This document shows positions 48,226-58,065 of a stretch of DNA of 64,000 nucleotides, in pieces. The translations under genes and the position numbers were made by a program. The stretch is from NCBI GenBank assembly GCA_964344305.1, contig CAYFMT010000010.1:481-64480 (forward strand), written 5' to 3'. The notes beneath the pieces were generated by a model, which worked only from the letters and a program-made list of their open reading frames with translations, was not told the DNA's origin and searched no databases. Position 1 is the stretch's first letter, and each line of letters opens with the position of its first letter. This DNA is from an uncultured bacterium. Lineage in GTDB: Bacteria > Fidelibacterota > Marinisomatia > Marinisomatales > JABMOV01.

Positions 48226-50522
48226 TTCTGGATAACTGTCCTTTCAGAACTCTGAATGTGGATGAAATAAATTCCTGTGGCAAATTGTCCACCCGTTAAC
48301 GTAGATAGATTCATGTACCAGTGGTGTCTTTCTGGAGACAGGTCAGTAATTTTCTCCGAAAAGACCTCCTGTCCCAGCAGATTATAGAGCCGAATGGTGG
48401 GTGATGATGACCACCCCAAAAAATTCATGGAAAGCTGGCCTGATGTGGGGTTTGGATACACAGGTGATACTTGAGGTAGTTTATAAGTGATTCCTGTTCC
48501 GGATTCGCTGGTGGAAGACAGGTATGGATCGGATAATCCTTTTAACTCGATTTGATCCACTTCCCAACCTCGGTAATTCACGGTGGCATCCTTGAAAAAC
48601 TCAAGTCGAATTTTTACTGAATCTATTCCAGAGCTATCAACCAGAGAAATCACATCTTTTCGTTGCTGCGTCCATGCATGGTTACTGAACATACGTCTTG
48701 CTACCTGATTATCATTACCCAGCAGGGAGACACGAATACTGTCAACATCCCATTCCAATTCAAATCTGTGCTGAATAGAACAGGTAATGTGATTATTCCC
48801 CTCCGCTGCAAAATAATCCGTTTCAAGCCATGACAGGGATTCCAGCGTATCAGAATTTGGATAAAGAAATTCTTCCTGGGTTTTCAGCATGTCGTCAAAT
48901 GTCCAATCACCTGACATGAAAGGCCAAAGGGATTGTTCATTTGCAGGAGAATCCAGCAGTACTATTCCTTCATCAAAAACCAATTGGACCTCTGTATCGC
49001 CGGTTAGCTGAATTTCCTTGTGGATGGGAACAATTCCTTCATCCATCAACAAAATGGTCCAATTCCCTTCCCTCAAAGTGAACGTATTCTGACCAAAGCT
49101 TGCGGGAAGTGTATCACTGGTTGTTTCTGAATTCAGAATAAACACCGGTGAATTCATAGAAGTATTGTTTGGATTGTCAACATTTATAGTTAGTGAATAT
49201 GCCTGTTTCTCCACCAGGGGTACGTTAAACTGCGTTACAACACTGTTGTTGGCGGTAATGGCCTGTTCAACAGTATGATAATCCGGATGGGATATTTTCA
49301 ATGTATAGGTCCCGGGATTCACAATTCGACGATACCGACCAAACTCATCTGTTTTTCTCGGGTTCAACACAGAGCCCGATAATTCCAGAATTTCAACGTC
49401 TGCAGTTTCGATTGGCTGACTGGTGGCTGCATCATAGACTATCCCAGTTAATTGAGATGCATCGGTGTTATATCCAATGGAACGATCCATTAGATATATC
49501 ATGGCTGGTACAATTCTTTCCACTGTATCCTCGATAAGGGCACTGTCTGGTTGAAGATTGGCAGTCCCACATTCGATCAAATACTGGAAGCACCCAGTCT
49601 GACTGTAAAACCAGTCGTGAGCTTTCCCATTTCTGCTTTTGCTAGGGATTGACAAATAGGAGTCCGAAGCATCTTCCTTTGGTATCATTGCCGCAAGATG
49701 ATCGCCAATGGTAATCTGTGCATCATGATCCGGTGATGGTTTCGAATCCTCCCACAACCAGGATGTGAATATCTTCTCACTCAATCTTCCAGAACGTGAG
49801 CTATGCCAGATGATGGAAAATTGAAAATGTTCATCAATGGCCAGGTCCCTCAAGGCTCGGTTTTCTGCTTCAGAAAATGGACTCGTGCCTCGATAATAGT
49901 CGTAATGGGATCCGTAATCAGAAGGATCCGGTTCTAGAAAGGTGTCCCCAAACACCCAGTTGAAGTCAAAATTTCTGTTAATATCCACACCATCAATGTC
50001 ATTGCCAATGCTGGGATCAAAATCAAAGATACCGTTCGGAAATGGTCCCGTGGGACTGAAGTCAGTCTTATTCTTTCGATAGGAAACATCGTCCCCTGAA
50101 AAAACAACATTGAGTCCTTCAGGGTTCATGGTGGGTATCAGCCACGCTTCCATATTCTGTCTCAGGATCATGACGTGTTGAACCTCAGACGGCATGGGAT
50201 TCAACAAGAAATCCATCATATCCATGATAGCTTCCACCCCAAGGATTTCTTCTGCATGAACCTGGCCCACGAAGAGATGTCTCGGTTCATCCTCTCGCGT
50301 CATCACATTGTTTGAGATGACTGCTGCAAGTAAGGGAAGGTTTTCGTGTGCTGTGTATCCAACTGTATCAATTCGAAATACTCCATCCAGATTCGGATTT
50401 TCAGCATATTCCATCAATTTTGCCTGAATTTCCTCAAAAGAATGGAATCGACTATCAATGGGTTGAGCCCAGACAATATTCAGGACTAATGCATAGACAA
50501 ATATGGAACTAAAGTATCTCAT
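48204..50522 (-). CDS. M14-family zinc carboxypeptidase with CarboxypepD_reg-like domain and T9SS C-terminal domain
   Basis: Signal peptide, the zinc and substrate motifs VHAEE, NPEG, DINRNF and WHSS, a regulatory-like domain GIVYDAATSQPIETADVEIL..GTYTLKISHPDY, and the C-terminus YPNPTSGQLSMNF...GIYFIHIQS. Confidence 0.85.
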   Translation of the reverse strand: MRYFSSIFVYALVLNIVWAQPIDSRFHSFEEIQAKLMEYAENPNLDGVFRIDTVGYTAHENLPLLAAVISNNVMTREDEPRHLFVGQVHAEEILGVEAIMDMMDFLLNPMPSEVQHVMILRQNMEAWLIPTMNPEGLNVVFSGDDVSYRKNKTDFSPTGPFPNGIFDFDPSIGNDIDGVDINRNFDFNWVFGDTFLEPDPSDYGSHYDYYRGTSPFSEAENRALRDLAIDEHFQFSIIWHSSRSGRLSEKIFTSWLWEDSKPSPDHDAQITIGDHLAAMIPKEDASDSYLSIPSKSRNGKAHDWFYSQTGCFQYLIECGTANLQPDSALIEDTVERIVPAMIYLMDRSIGYNTDASQLTGIVYDAATSQPIETADVEILELSGSVLNPRKTDEFGRYRRIVNPGTYTLKISHPDYHTVEQAITANNSVVTQFNVPLVEKQAYSLTINVDNPNNTSMNSPVFILNSETTSDTLPASFGQNTFTLREGNWTILLMDEGIVPIHKEIQLTGDTEVQLVFDEGIVLLDSPANEQSLWPFMSGDWTFDDMLKTQEEFLYPNSDTLESLSWLETDYFAAEGNNHITCSIQHRFELEWDVDSIRVSLLGNDNQVARRMFSNHAWTQQRKDVISLVDSSGIDSVKIRLEFFKDATVNYRGWEVDQIELKGLSDPYLSSTSESGTGITYKLPQVSPVYPNPTSGQLSMNFLGWSSSPTIRLYNLLGQEVFSEKITDLSPERHHWYMNLSTLTGGQFATGIYFIHIQSSERTVIQKCVFIRN

Positions 50523-50525
50523 ATA

Positions 50526-53500
50526 TTACTTTAAGTACGTGAGCTTACCTAATTGTATTTCTTCGTTTGCATGTATCGTATAGAAGTATATTCCACTGGA
50601 AAGCGGACGTTGAAATGTATCGGTACCATTCCATGTAAATTCGTACACACCATTTGAATGAGGCTGGTAAGTCGCTTCATAAACTGTTTGTCCTAGCATG
50701 TTCACAATTCGTATTTCCACAGGATTCAAATGCTGAATGGTAAATCGTATAACCGTTGATCCATTGAACGGGTTTGGATAGGCTGTAGCCAATGAATAGG
50801 ATTCAGGGTTAACAGGTTCTTCAAGGCTGGACAAGAATGTAGGAGTCATGTACAGTTTTCCATACAAACTGGAGAAGTCCTCTTTACCTGAAGAGCGCAG
50901 GTCAACCCAGTAAATGAGAAGTTCTGTGTCTGATAATTCCAGAAACTGACAGTGTTCCTGTCGGTGAAATTGCTGTACCAGTGGTGTTCCATTTGTCATA
51001 AAAGATTCACCTGACACTGAATAAGTCGTCCAGTACAGATCCGCCCCTATGGCTTTTGTAGGGTCAGGGTTATAAATACCACGGGAATCTTCCCAAACGA
51101 TAAGGAACTGATCATTATCAAGACTGTGAATCTTTGGACGTACCTGATAGGTTGTATCATCTGTAAAGGTCACATTTTCACCCAATAATTCTTCGTTGCT
51201 CAGATCAATGACCTGTCCGGTAATGTTGTATTCATTTCCATTCTGAAAATCTTCCCAGACCAGCATGGCTGTTGTCAAATCATCTGTGATATCCATACTG
51301 ATATTGGTCTGATCATTGTCAGCTGTGGTCGCGTAAGTACCTCCCTGGAACCATGCCGTTGTGCCGTCCCAGTGAAGGATCTGCACTTTGATATCATCGG
51401 CGAAGTTGTTTGTTTCAGTCCATGAAAGCAGAATACCGTCAGTGTCACTGATTATTTTTGCCACAAGATTGTCCGGGTCACCAAACGGTCCAGCTACGGT
51501 TATACCTGAACTGGGCCAATCATTTGTTGGTACTCCGGCATAATCAAATTTCTTTACTATGTATTTTGCACTCCCCCATACATCCTCCAGGGATAGAAGG
51601 AACATGTTGCCATCAGGTGTTGGAAAAGCAGCCACAGCATAATCATCCACCCACTGTGCAGCTCCAACCTGAACACCATCAGCTGCCAGTGTTGGGTTTC
51701 CATTTTCATCCATCACCTGGTAGAAAATATCAAAATCCACCTGGTTCCTGATATCTGACCAGAAACAACCAACATTTCCATCTGGAGTTTCTATTAGAAT
51801 GGGTCTTCTCTGATCAGCGGATCCTTCATATACAACTACACCACTGGAATCCCACGTATTTTCAAGTGCATGGTTCAATTTATTCAGCTTCACCAGCTTG
51901 GCCCCGGTTTCCGTGGAATAAGAAAGACTGTAGAAGGCATCATCTGTAAGCAACATTTGTGGTTCTGCTTCCAATTCAGCAGATTCGCTTTCTTCAAATG
52001 TCAATTGTACTCCATTAAAATTTTCAATAAGCCCATCAGAGGAAACCCAGGAACCGTATGTTTTGCGCTCACTTCGCGTATCCTCCCAGGCCATGAGTAT
52101 CTCATCATTGAGGAAAGTACCATAGACAAACTTTACATCACCATCAAGTCCAGCTTTCACCTCCAGGCCGTTTTCGCCAAACAGGTTTCCTCCATCTGTG
52201 GCATGCTGGGTTCGCAGATGAATGCTGCCGGATTGCTGATCGGCATAGTAAATCAATGCTCCACCCCCTGATAGTCCCGTGGCAATGGGTGCAAACTGGT
52301 ATCCAGAAATATTTACAATGGTTACATCCAACACACTTTCGTTGTTAGCGATATGTGATCCCACAATATCCACATGAGGGAACGTTCCCCTTTCCCAGAA
52401 AAACCATGCACCGCCTGAACCATCAGATACAAATCGGACATTCTGACTTACAAGGCTGGTGGTATCGAGCAACACACCTGATGAATCCCAGGCAATGTTG
52501 CCATTCCCATCTACTTTTTGTGCAAAGGGGTCCCCATTCACGGCATCAAGCCGAAGATCTTTCCAGATAACAAAGACATTGCCAAGTGCATCATTTTTGA
52601 CGCGTACACCGGACTTAATAGCCTCATCATTGGATAAAGGTCGATGAGATGTAAAAACAGTACCACTGCCGGACACGAGATTGTAAATCACTGTAGACTC
52701 TTCATCACCACTCTGCCATGTAACCAGGCTGGTATCTCCATGCATAAAGGTGGTCCTTGGTCCTACATCAAGGTTTGCATCATCAGAAATGTTTAATCCG
52801 TCTTCCGCAAACATGGGCATCATGTCAGTTCCAAATCTTTGACCGTAGATTTCTGCGTTGGTGCTGTTCTGGGTGTCGGTCCAGACAAGCAAGGCTTCAC
52901 CATTACCACCATATTCAATACTTTTCCTATATTGATCACCATTTGTAGCCGCAACAGGGTAACCGATCCCTTCGTTCACTATGCTATGATCAGATCCCAC
53001 ATGAGTCCCAAAAATATCATCGTCCACACCATTTCGCCCATCCTGCCAGGTTACATATACGCCGCCATTACCATCTGTGCACATGTTTATGGTGATTTGA
53101 GTACCTGGTTGCTGACACAGAGCTACACCATTTGAATCCAGGAGAATATCACCGTTGCTGTCAATATGCTGGAGAAATATATCTCCTGCCTCATCAAATC
53201 GGTAATCAACCCACGCAACGAATGCGCCACCGCTGCCATCGCCTATGGCCACTGGATCTTCCTGTCGTCCAGGTAACTGGGTTACGGGTTTCCCGTCTTC
53301 ACCCCATACCATATTTCCATCGTAATACACTTTTTGTGCAAAAACTTCCCTGTTTCCATTCCGAGTATCTGACCAGAAAACAATGGATGATTCACCGTCC
53401 CCGGTTTCACAGACAGTCCTCTGCCATTCAATGTGTACTCCCTGACGGATGGCGACCCCTTCACTCTCTGTCCATAAGGATTGGGTCATCCCGAAAGCGG

Positions 53501-53537
53501 ATATGAGAAACACTGATAATAATTTTTTCATAAACAT
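50526..53537 (-). CDS. 1003-aa secreted repeat protein (11 or more W-x-D-x-R/Q units) with T9SS C-terminal domain
   Basis: Signal peptide MKKLLSVFLISAFG. Recurring ~55-aa units include IVFWSDTRNGNREVFAQKV, AFVAWVDYRFDEAGDIFLQHI, VYVTWQDGRNGVDDDIFGTHV, VFVIWKDLRLDAVNGDPFAQKV and FLIVWEDSRGIYN. The C-terminus is YPNPFNGSTVIRFTI...GIYFYTI. Confidence 0.8.
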   Translation of the reverse strand: MFMKKLLSVFLISAFGMTQSLWTESEGVAIRQGVHIEWQRTVCETGDGESSIVFWSDTRNGNREVFAQKVYYDGNMVWGEDGKPVTQLPGRQEDPVAIGDGSGGAFVAWVDYRFDEAGDIFLQHIDSNGDILLDSNGVALCQQPGTQITINMCTDGNGGVYVTWQDGRNGVDDDIFGTHVGSDHSIVNEGIGYPVAATNGDQYRKSIEYGGNGEALLVWTDTQNSTNAEIYGQRFGTDMMPMFAEDGLNISDDANLDVGPRTTFMHGDTSLVTWQSGDEESTVIYNLVSGSGTVFTSHRPLSNDEAIKSGVRVKNDALGNVFVIWKDLRLDAVNGDPFAQKVDGNGNIAWDSSGVLLDTTSLVSQNVRFVSDGSGGAWFFWERGTFPHVDIVGSHIANNESVLDVTIVNISGYQFAPIATGLSGGGALIYYADQQSGSIHLRTQHATDGGNLFGENGLEVKAGLDGDVKFVYGTFLNDEILMAWEDTRSERKTYGSWVSSDGLIENFNGVQLTFEESESAELEAEPQMLLTDDAFYSLSYSTETGAKLVKLNKLNHALENTWDSSGVVVYEGSADQRRPILIETPDGNVGCFWSDIRNQVDFDIFYQVMDENGNPTLAADGVQVGAAQWVDDYAVAAFPTPDGNMFLLSLEDVWGSAKYIVKKFDYAGVPTNDWPSSGITVAGPFGDPDNLVAKIISDTDGILLSWTETNNFADDIKVQILHWDGTTAWFQGGTYATTADNDQTNISMDITDDLTTAMLVWEDFQNGNEYNITGQVIDLSNEELLGENVTFTDDTTYQVRPKIHSLDNDQFLIVWEDSRGIYNPDPTKAIGADLYWTTYSVSGESFMTNGTPLVQQFHRQEHCQFLELSDTELLIYWVDLRSSGKEDFSSLYGKLYMTPTFLSSLEEPVNPESYSLATAYPNPFNGSTVIRFTIQHLNPVEIRIVNMLGQTVYEATYQPHSNGVYEFTWNGTDTFQRPLSSGIYFYTIHANEEIQLGKLTYLK

Positions 53538-53539
53538 TC

Positions 53540-54598
53540 CTATTTATCTATTTCAATAATGGATAATCCTTCTCGTGTTGATACAAAAACCAACTCATTG
53601 TATATCATGGTTTTATAAGTATAGCCTACATCAAATATGCCTCTGGATTCAGGCTTCTTCGGGTTGGAAATATCGAACAGGGCAATCCCTGAAGGTCCAA
53701 GGCTCAATACAGCCATGTCATCATCTATCGTCACATGGTCAACATTCAAGTCTTCAGCGAATAGATAACCATGACCTGACAGTATTGAGTTTGTTGTATC
53801 AACTGGCAAATCTGTGAGATCAAAATATGTTACACCCCCAAAGTCACAGGCAACATAGAGATCGGTACCGACCAGAGTCGGGTTTCCCGCTATCCCATCA
53901 GTGTCGAATTTTCCCCTGCTAACCGGGTTGTTGCTTGACTCATCATAAGTGAAGAGTTCCACTCCCAGCTGTCCCATGGATATGGCTAAATAGTCATCAT
54001 TGTAGTCAATCCCGGTGGGATTTCCTATCATTGACACTTCTGTACCATTGATCTGGAACCAGTCACCCCAAGAAGCCACCACATAGGTATGCCATTTTAA
54101 ACCATCGTCATTATCAGCTGCATAAATTCTAACCGTATCCAGCGATTCAAATGGCATACAGAATCCATAGGTTCCATCACTGAGAATCTCCCCTTTTGTA
54201 TAAATAGAGTCGGGATCGGAAATATTCAGGATTTTAACCTGTTTCCCGTTTTCAAGAACAAACAGATCTTCATTTATCTCACTGTAGTAAACCTGAGCTA
54301 TATCTCTGTCATACACAAAAGTTGAAGGGAATCCTGCAGAGTAGATGGGAGTAAAATGATCAATATTTAGAGTTTTCACCGGTTGAGAGATATTGGAAAA
54401 ATCCCAAACCTGAACACCGGCAGCACCTGCCGCTACATACGCCTTATCACCAACAATATGTACATCCCTGCAATATCCGGTAGTGGAAATCAATCCTAGA
54501 TCCGATATTGACCAGATATTATCATATTCAGGTTCGATACAGGCTGTTAGAAATAATCCAGGCAGTAGCGCCAAAAATAGTTTTCTAATATCGGTCAT
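53540..54598 (-). CDS. LVIVD-repeat beta-propeller lipoprotein
   Basis: Lipobox LFLTAC and repeats of the LVIVD type (KAYVAAGAAGVQVWDFSNISQP, LYVACDFGGVTYFDLTD, MAVLSLGPSGIALFDISNPKKP, LVFVSTREGLSIIEI). Confidence 0.75.
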   Translation of the reverse strand: MTDIRKLFLALLPGLFLTACIEPEYDNIWSISDLGLISTTGYCRDVHIVGDKAYVAAGAAGVQVWDFSNISQPVKTLNIDHFTPIYSAGFPSTFVYDRDIAQVYYSEINEDLFVLENGKQVKILNISDPDSIYTKGEILSDGTYGFCMPFESLDTVRIYAADNDDGLKWHTYVVASWGDWFQINGTEVSMIGNPTGIDYNDDYLAISMGQLGVELFTYDESSNNPVSRGKFDTDGIAGNPTLVGTDLYVACDFGGVTYFDLTDLPVDTTNSILSGHGYLFAEDLNVDHVTIDDDMAVLSLGPSGIALFDISNPKKPESRGIFDVGYTYKTMIYNELVFVSTREGLSIIEIDK

Positions 54599-55622
54599 AC
54601 ACCAATCTCCGTGAAAATGTCATCCATACCTGTACCTGTTTAAATGATTTCAAATCTTCTACCCATTCATATTCCGAGTGTGTAGTTCTCGTGCGAAATC
54701 TCGACTGAAGTTTCGCATTCACCTGATCCGATAGTTTTGTCTGGATCCAGATATCAAATTTACGGTCAATATGATCGCGTCCACTGTGTAGTGGATCATC
54801 CAGACTCTCGGCTGCATACATGCGATGTTCCTGCCTGACAGCCATACCTAGTTCTGAGAAAATATCATGCTTGAGGGAGTAAGAAACAGGTAAATACCAT
54901 TCAATGCTGGTATAGGATCTGTCAAATGAACTTGCACGAGCGGTTTCTCCATACGTGAAATTGTCTGCGAAAGAATACAAAATATCTACACTCGTATTTA
55001 ATCTCTCGAAGACCTCAAAATTCAAGCCCAGTCTGCTACCATATATATCCAGATCAAACTCCGCAAATTCTCCATTGTAATACCGTTTCAGTTTCAGCAG
55101 TCTCGCTACAACCCACATCCTACGTGTGAATGGATAGGAGAAGTCAACTCCCGTTTCCTCATCGGAAAAATAGCAGGGAATATAACTGTCATTGCTCTTA
55201 TCCCTGTCCAGGTAATTGCGCAAATAGAAATCATTAAGTTTCCGATGATACATCCCAATCCTGAATAGTCTTTTCCACTGGTATATGATACTGGATTGTC
55301 CGGCGGAATAGGATTTCTCTTCTGTGTGTGAATACGTTGTATAACCGGCAGATAAATACAGACGAATGTAATTGGTTCGATGTTTCAGTCTATATCGTGA
55401 ACTAATAGACCCATTAAGCCTGATATAAGGCGAATCAAATGTGTTCATTGAACCAAGAAGTGATGGATCCAGAGCTGCTTCGCCTTTCTCGTCGCCTGAC
55501 AACCGAAGAACATTTGAATCATATCCCGGGGTGAGTCCAATACGTCCGTTTAACGGGAAGAATCCGGTGATATTCACAGCAAAAATCTGCGATACTAGAA
55601 AGATCAGGAGAAGATAGCGCAC
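54585..55622 (-). CDS. predicted outer-membrane beta-barrel protein, unknown family
   Basis: Signal peptide MRYLLLIFLVSQIFA, alternating hydrophobic and polar strands throughout, many Y/R/S residues, and a C-terminal ...RLVYDRY with a terminal aromatic. Confidence 0.6.
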   Translation of the reverse strand: MRYLLLIFLVSQIFAVNITGFFPLNGRIGLTPGYDSNVLRLSGDEKGEAALDPSLLGSMNTFDSPYIRLNGSISSRYRLKHRTNYIRLYLSAGYTTYSHTEEKSYSAGQSSIIYQWKRLFRIGMYHRKLNDFYLRNYLDRDKSNDSYIPCYFSDEETGVDFSYPFTRRMWVVARLLKLKRYYNGEFAEFDLDIYGSRLGLNFEVFERLNTSVDILYSFADNFTYGETARASSFDRSYTSIEWYLPVSYSLKHDIFSELGMAVRQEHRMYAAESLDDPLHSGRDHIDRKFDIWIQTKLSDQVNAKLQSRFRTRTTHSEYEWVEDLKSFKQVQVWMTFSRRLVYDRY

Positions 55623-56509
55623 TAAAACTCCAGGAATCTCATCAGTACTTTTCGATCTTTCTCAACAACCTCTATTGTAAATATCTGGCTCGTTGCTTCC
55701 ACAGGGATATCACAGGTTCGCCATTTCCCTGGCACAGAATCCTGGTCCTCAACGACCACAGCTTCACTGGATCTTTCAGTGCTGAAGTAATAGGTACCTA
55801 TGACTTTGGTTCCGGAACGAACCCGTAGACGGTAAGCTTCCTGTTCCCCCATCCAATCATCAAAAACCAGTCGACTGTAGATCCTGATAGTGCCATCTTT
55901 TGTAGGTGAAACCTGTAAAGGAACGATGTGATTTCCTTCGAAATATTCCACAACAGATGATTCAACTTTCACCTGTCGAGCCAACTGGTGAACCATCGGG
56001 ATCAGCACCTTTTTTTCACCCCCGGTGTTGTCAAACTCCTTGCTAAGGACTCGTATGAGGATGGGATAATCCTGATCATCTTCAGCTTTCAATCTGATAG
56101 TATGCTGACCTTTTGGAACATTGATGAAATAGTTACCGGAATAAGTATAATAGTGATTGGGGTGCTGAACACTTCGAATGGACTTCTGTATTTTATAACG
56201 GTGATTCACGGTAATAGGATCATCCTCATCCAGAATGATGGAATAGGAATAGGCATGTCGATTCTTGTCACGCTTGGGTGAAGGATACCTTGATATAAGC
56301 TCGATTCGGGTTGGACCGGAAAACGTATAGGTTAAACCATCCTCATCAAGAGAATAGTACAATCGCCTTTTCGAGTTGATGAGTAATATCTCCTTCTTCT
56401 CCCCATTTTCACTGGGTTTAAGCAGTTTTGGGAATACAGGTGTACTCACCAGCAATGCGAAGAGCACGAGGATTGATATTTTAAAGGACGCTATCCGGTT
56501 CATGTTCAT
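55622..56509 (-). CDS. secreted beta-rich hypothetical protein
   Basis: Signal peptide IASFKISILVLFALLVSTPVFP, 295 aa, no recognised motif. Overlaps neighbours by 1 nt and 29 nt. Confidence 0.6.
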   Translation of the reverse strand: MNMNRIASFKISILVLFALLVSTPVFPKLLKPSENGEKKEILLINSKRRLYYSLDEDGLTYTFSGPTRIELISRYPSPKRDKNRHAYSYSIILDEDDPITVNHRYKIQKSIRSVQHPNHYYTYSGNYFINVPKGQHTIRLKAEDDQDYPILIRVLSKEFDNTGGEKKVLIPMVHQLARQVKVESSVVEYFEGNHIVPLQVSPTKDGTIRIYSRLVFDDWMGEQEAYRLRVRSGTKVIGTYYFSTERSSEAVVVEDQDSVPGKWRTCDIPVEATSQIFTIEVVEKDRKVLMRFLEF

Positions 56510-57629
56510 TCATTCTGCCTTTAATCTGTTTATGGCTTAAATACCCTACACCTGATGTCATCCCTGCAACAATGAGAAAGCAGAGAACAGAAACAATCAT
56601 ATTGTATCGTTTCACGGAATAGAGCTGTCCTTCGCCGATTTCCGGCCAGGGAATAGGTGCGAATGGGATTTTTAATTGCTCTGTTAAATCAAATATATTC
56701 AGGAGATGAACCACGGGAACATTTTCCTTTGAAAATCGGGACATGACCCCTTCTATGCCTCCATGACGACTGATCACTTCAATATCTGATCGTCTGATAA
56801 CCCCTGGATTTAACAGTTTATGATTAAATGTGGTACCAAGGCTTGCCACACCTCCACCTACATTTATCATACCATCATATTTATAAATTGGTGTGATCTC
56901 TTTGAACAATGACATACGATAGTCAACATTTTCTGAAAGTCGATCAAATTTTATGAGCTCTACTTCGTGCTCTTCTATGGATTCTTCTATTAACTGTCGA
57001 CCACGTGGACTTAATAATCTACCCAGATCATTTCGTCCGCCTATCGATGCGGCAATGGACCTGTACGAGATATATTTTTCATCATACAATAGCCGTTCCA
57101 TATCCAACCAGTTGAAATCCGTGTAATTCGCTCCCCATTGTGAAGCGCCAATGGATGTAATGGTCACTGGTGTGACGCCCATTTCTTCGCAGGCTATCAG
57201 GACTGCAATATTTCCACCGGGCATGGATCCTGTAAGCAACACCGCTACCGTGTCACCTGATTCAATACCGGCCTGGGACATGAGTTCTACCGCAACTGCT
57301 GCGAAATTTGGGTCCAATGTCGTCAATTTTGCATCCAGGTCACCTTCATCCGTGGTGATAAGACTAAACTGTGTCCCCACTAATCCTGTCTCATTGGGAT
57401 CATTTTCAATATCCACAAATACACCATGATCCATTCGAATGGATTTCAAATAATTCATGGCATCCAGCATTCGATTAGCTGCACGAATTTTTGTGTCATA
57501 GGATTTGGACTGAAACTCAGATTGCATATTCAGAGCAATAGTCAAACAGGCAATGCTGACCAAGGCCATTATTATCAGGGTGGATAATCGCTGAACAGAA
57601 GGAATAAATGGTTTGTTAGATGAGCTCAA
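56481..57629 (-). CDS. probable poly-gamma-glutamate system protein (third component replacing PgsA)
   Basis: 382 aa with N- and C-terminal TM helices flanking a large extracytoplasmic domain. It lies immediately downstream of pgsB-pgsC with a 14-nt overlap. The family name is recalled from NCBIfam/TIGRFAM context, not verified. Confidence 0.6.
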   Translation of the reverse strand: MSSSNKPFIPSVQRLSTLIIMALVSIACLTIALNMQSEFQSKSYDTKIRAANRMLDAMNYLKSIRMDHGVFVDIENDPNETGLVGTQFSLITTDEGDLDAKLTTLDPNFAAVAVELMSQAGIESGDTVAVLLTGSMPGGNIAVLIACEEMGVTPVTITSIGASQWGANYTDFNWLDMERLLYDEKYISYRSIAASIGGRNDLGRLLSPRGRQLIEESIEEHEVELIKFDRLSENVDYRMSLFKEITPIYKYDGMINVGGGVASLGTTFNHKLLNPGVIRRSDIEVISRHGGIEGVMSRFSKENVPVVHLLNIFDLTEQLKIPFAPIPWPEIGEGQLYSVKRYNMIVSVLCFLIVAGMTSGVGYLSHKQIKGRMNEHEPDSVL

Positions 57630-58065
57630 ATAACTGTCCCCCAGAAATGATCAATACTATGAGCTTCACTAACACAGCGGTTATAAGAACGACGGAAATA
57701 GTCCGGATCATACCCTGCCTGTCCATCCAGTTTGCAATGAGTCCGGGAATGATATTCCCAATTACGGCAAATGATATAGTTTCATAGGGACTAAAAAACA
57801 AGTTCCGTGATATGTATCCAAACAGGAAGCCGAGTATAATAGCCAGGACGATTCGACGCTTACCGTATATAAACATGTAACGGCTAAAAAACTTGATGAT
57901 GCCAAACACAAGAATACTCACGAGAAATGTAACAACAACCTGCATGGGTTGATGGAGGTAAAGAGCAATATAACCCGGGACGATAATCCCTCCTGCTGTC
58001 ACTCCAAGAAATTCAGACAGGAGTAAGCTAAGTGCAATGCCTAGACCAACGGTTATCTCAACCAT
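57616..58065 (-). CDS. pgsC: poly-gamma-glutamate synthesis protein PgsC/CapC
   Basis: 149 aa, 4 TM segments. GGIIVPGYIALYLHQP and IIPGLIANWMDRQG match Bacillus PgsC VPAGLVVPGYLALVF and IVPGLIANTIQKQG. Confidence 0.85.
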   Translation of the reverse strand: MVEITVGLGIALSLLLSEFLGVTAGGIIVPGYIALYLHQPMQVVVTFLVSILVFGIIKFFSRYMFIYGKRRIVLAIILGFLFGYISRNLFFSPYETISFAVIGNIIPGLIANWMDRQGMIRTISVVLITAVLVKLIVLIISGGQLFELI

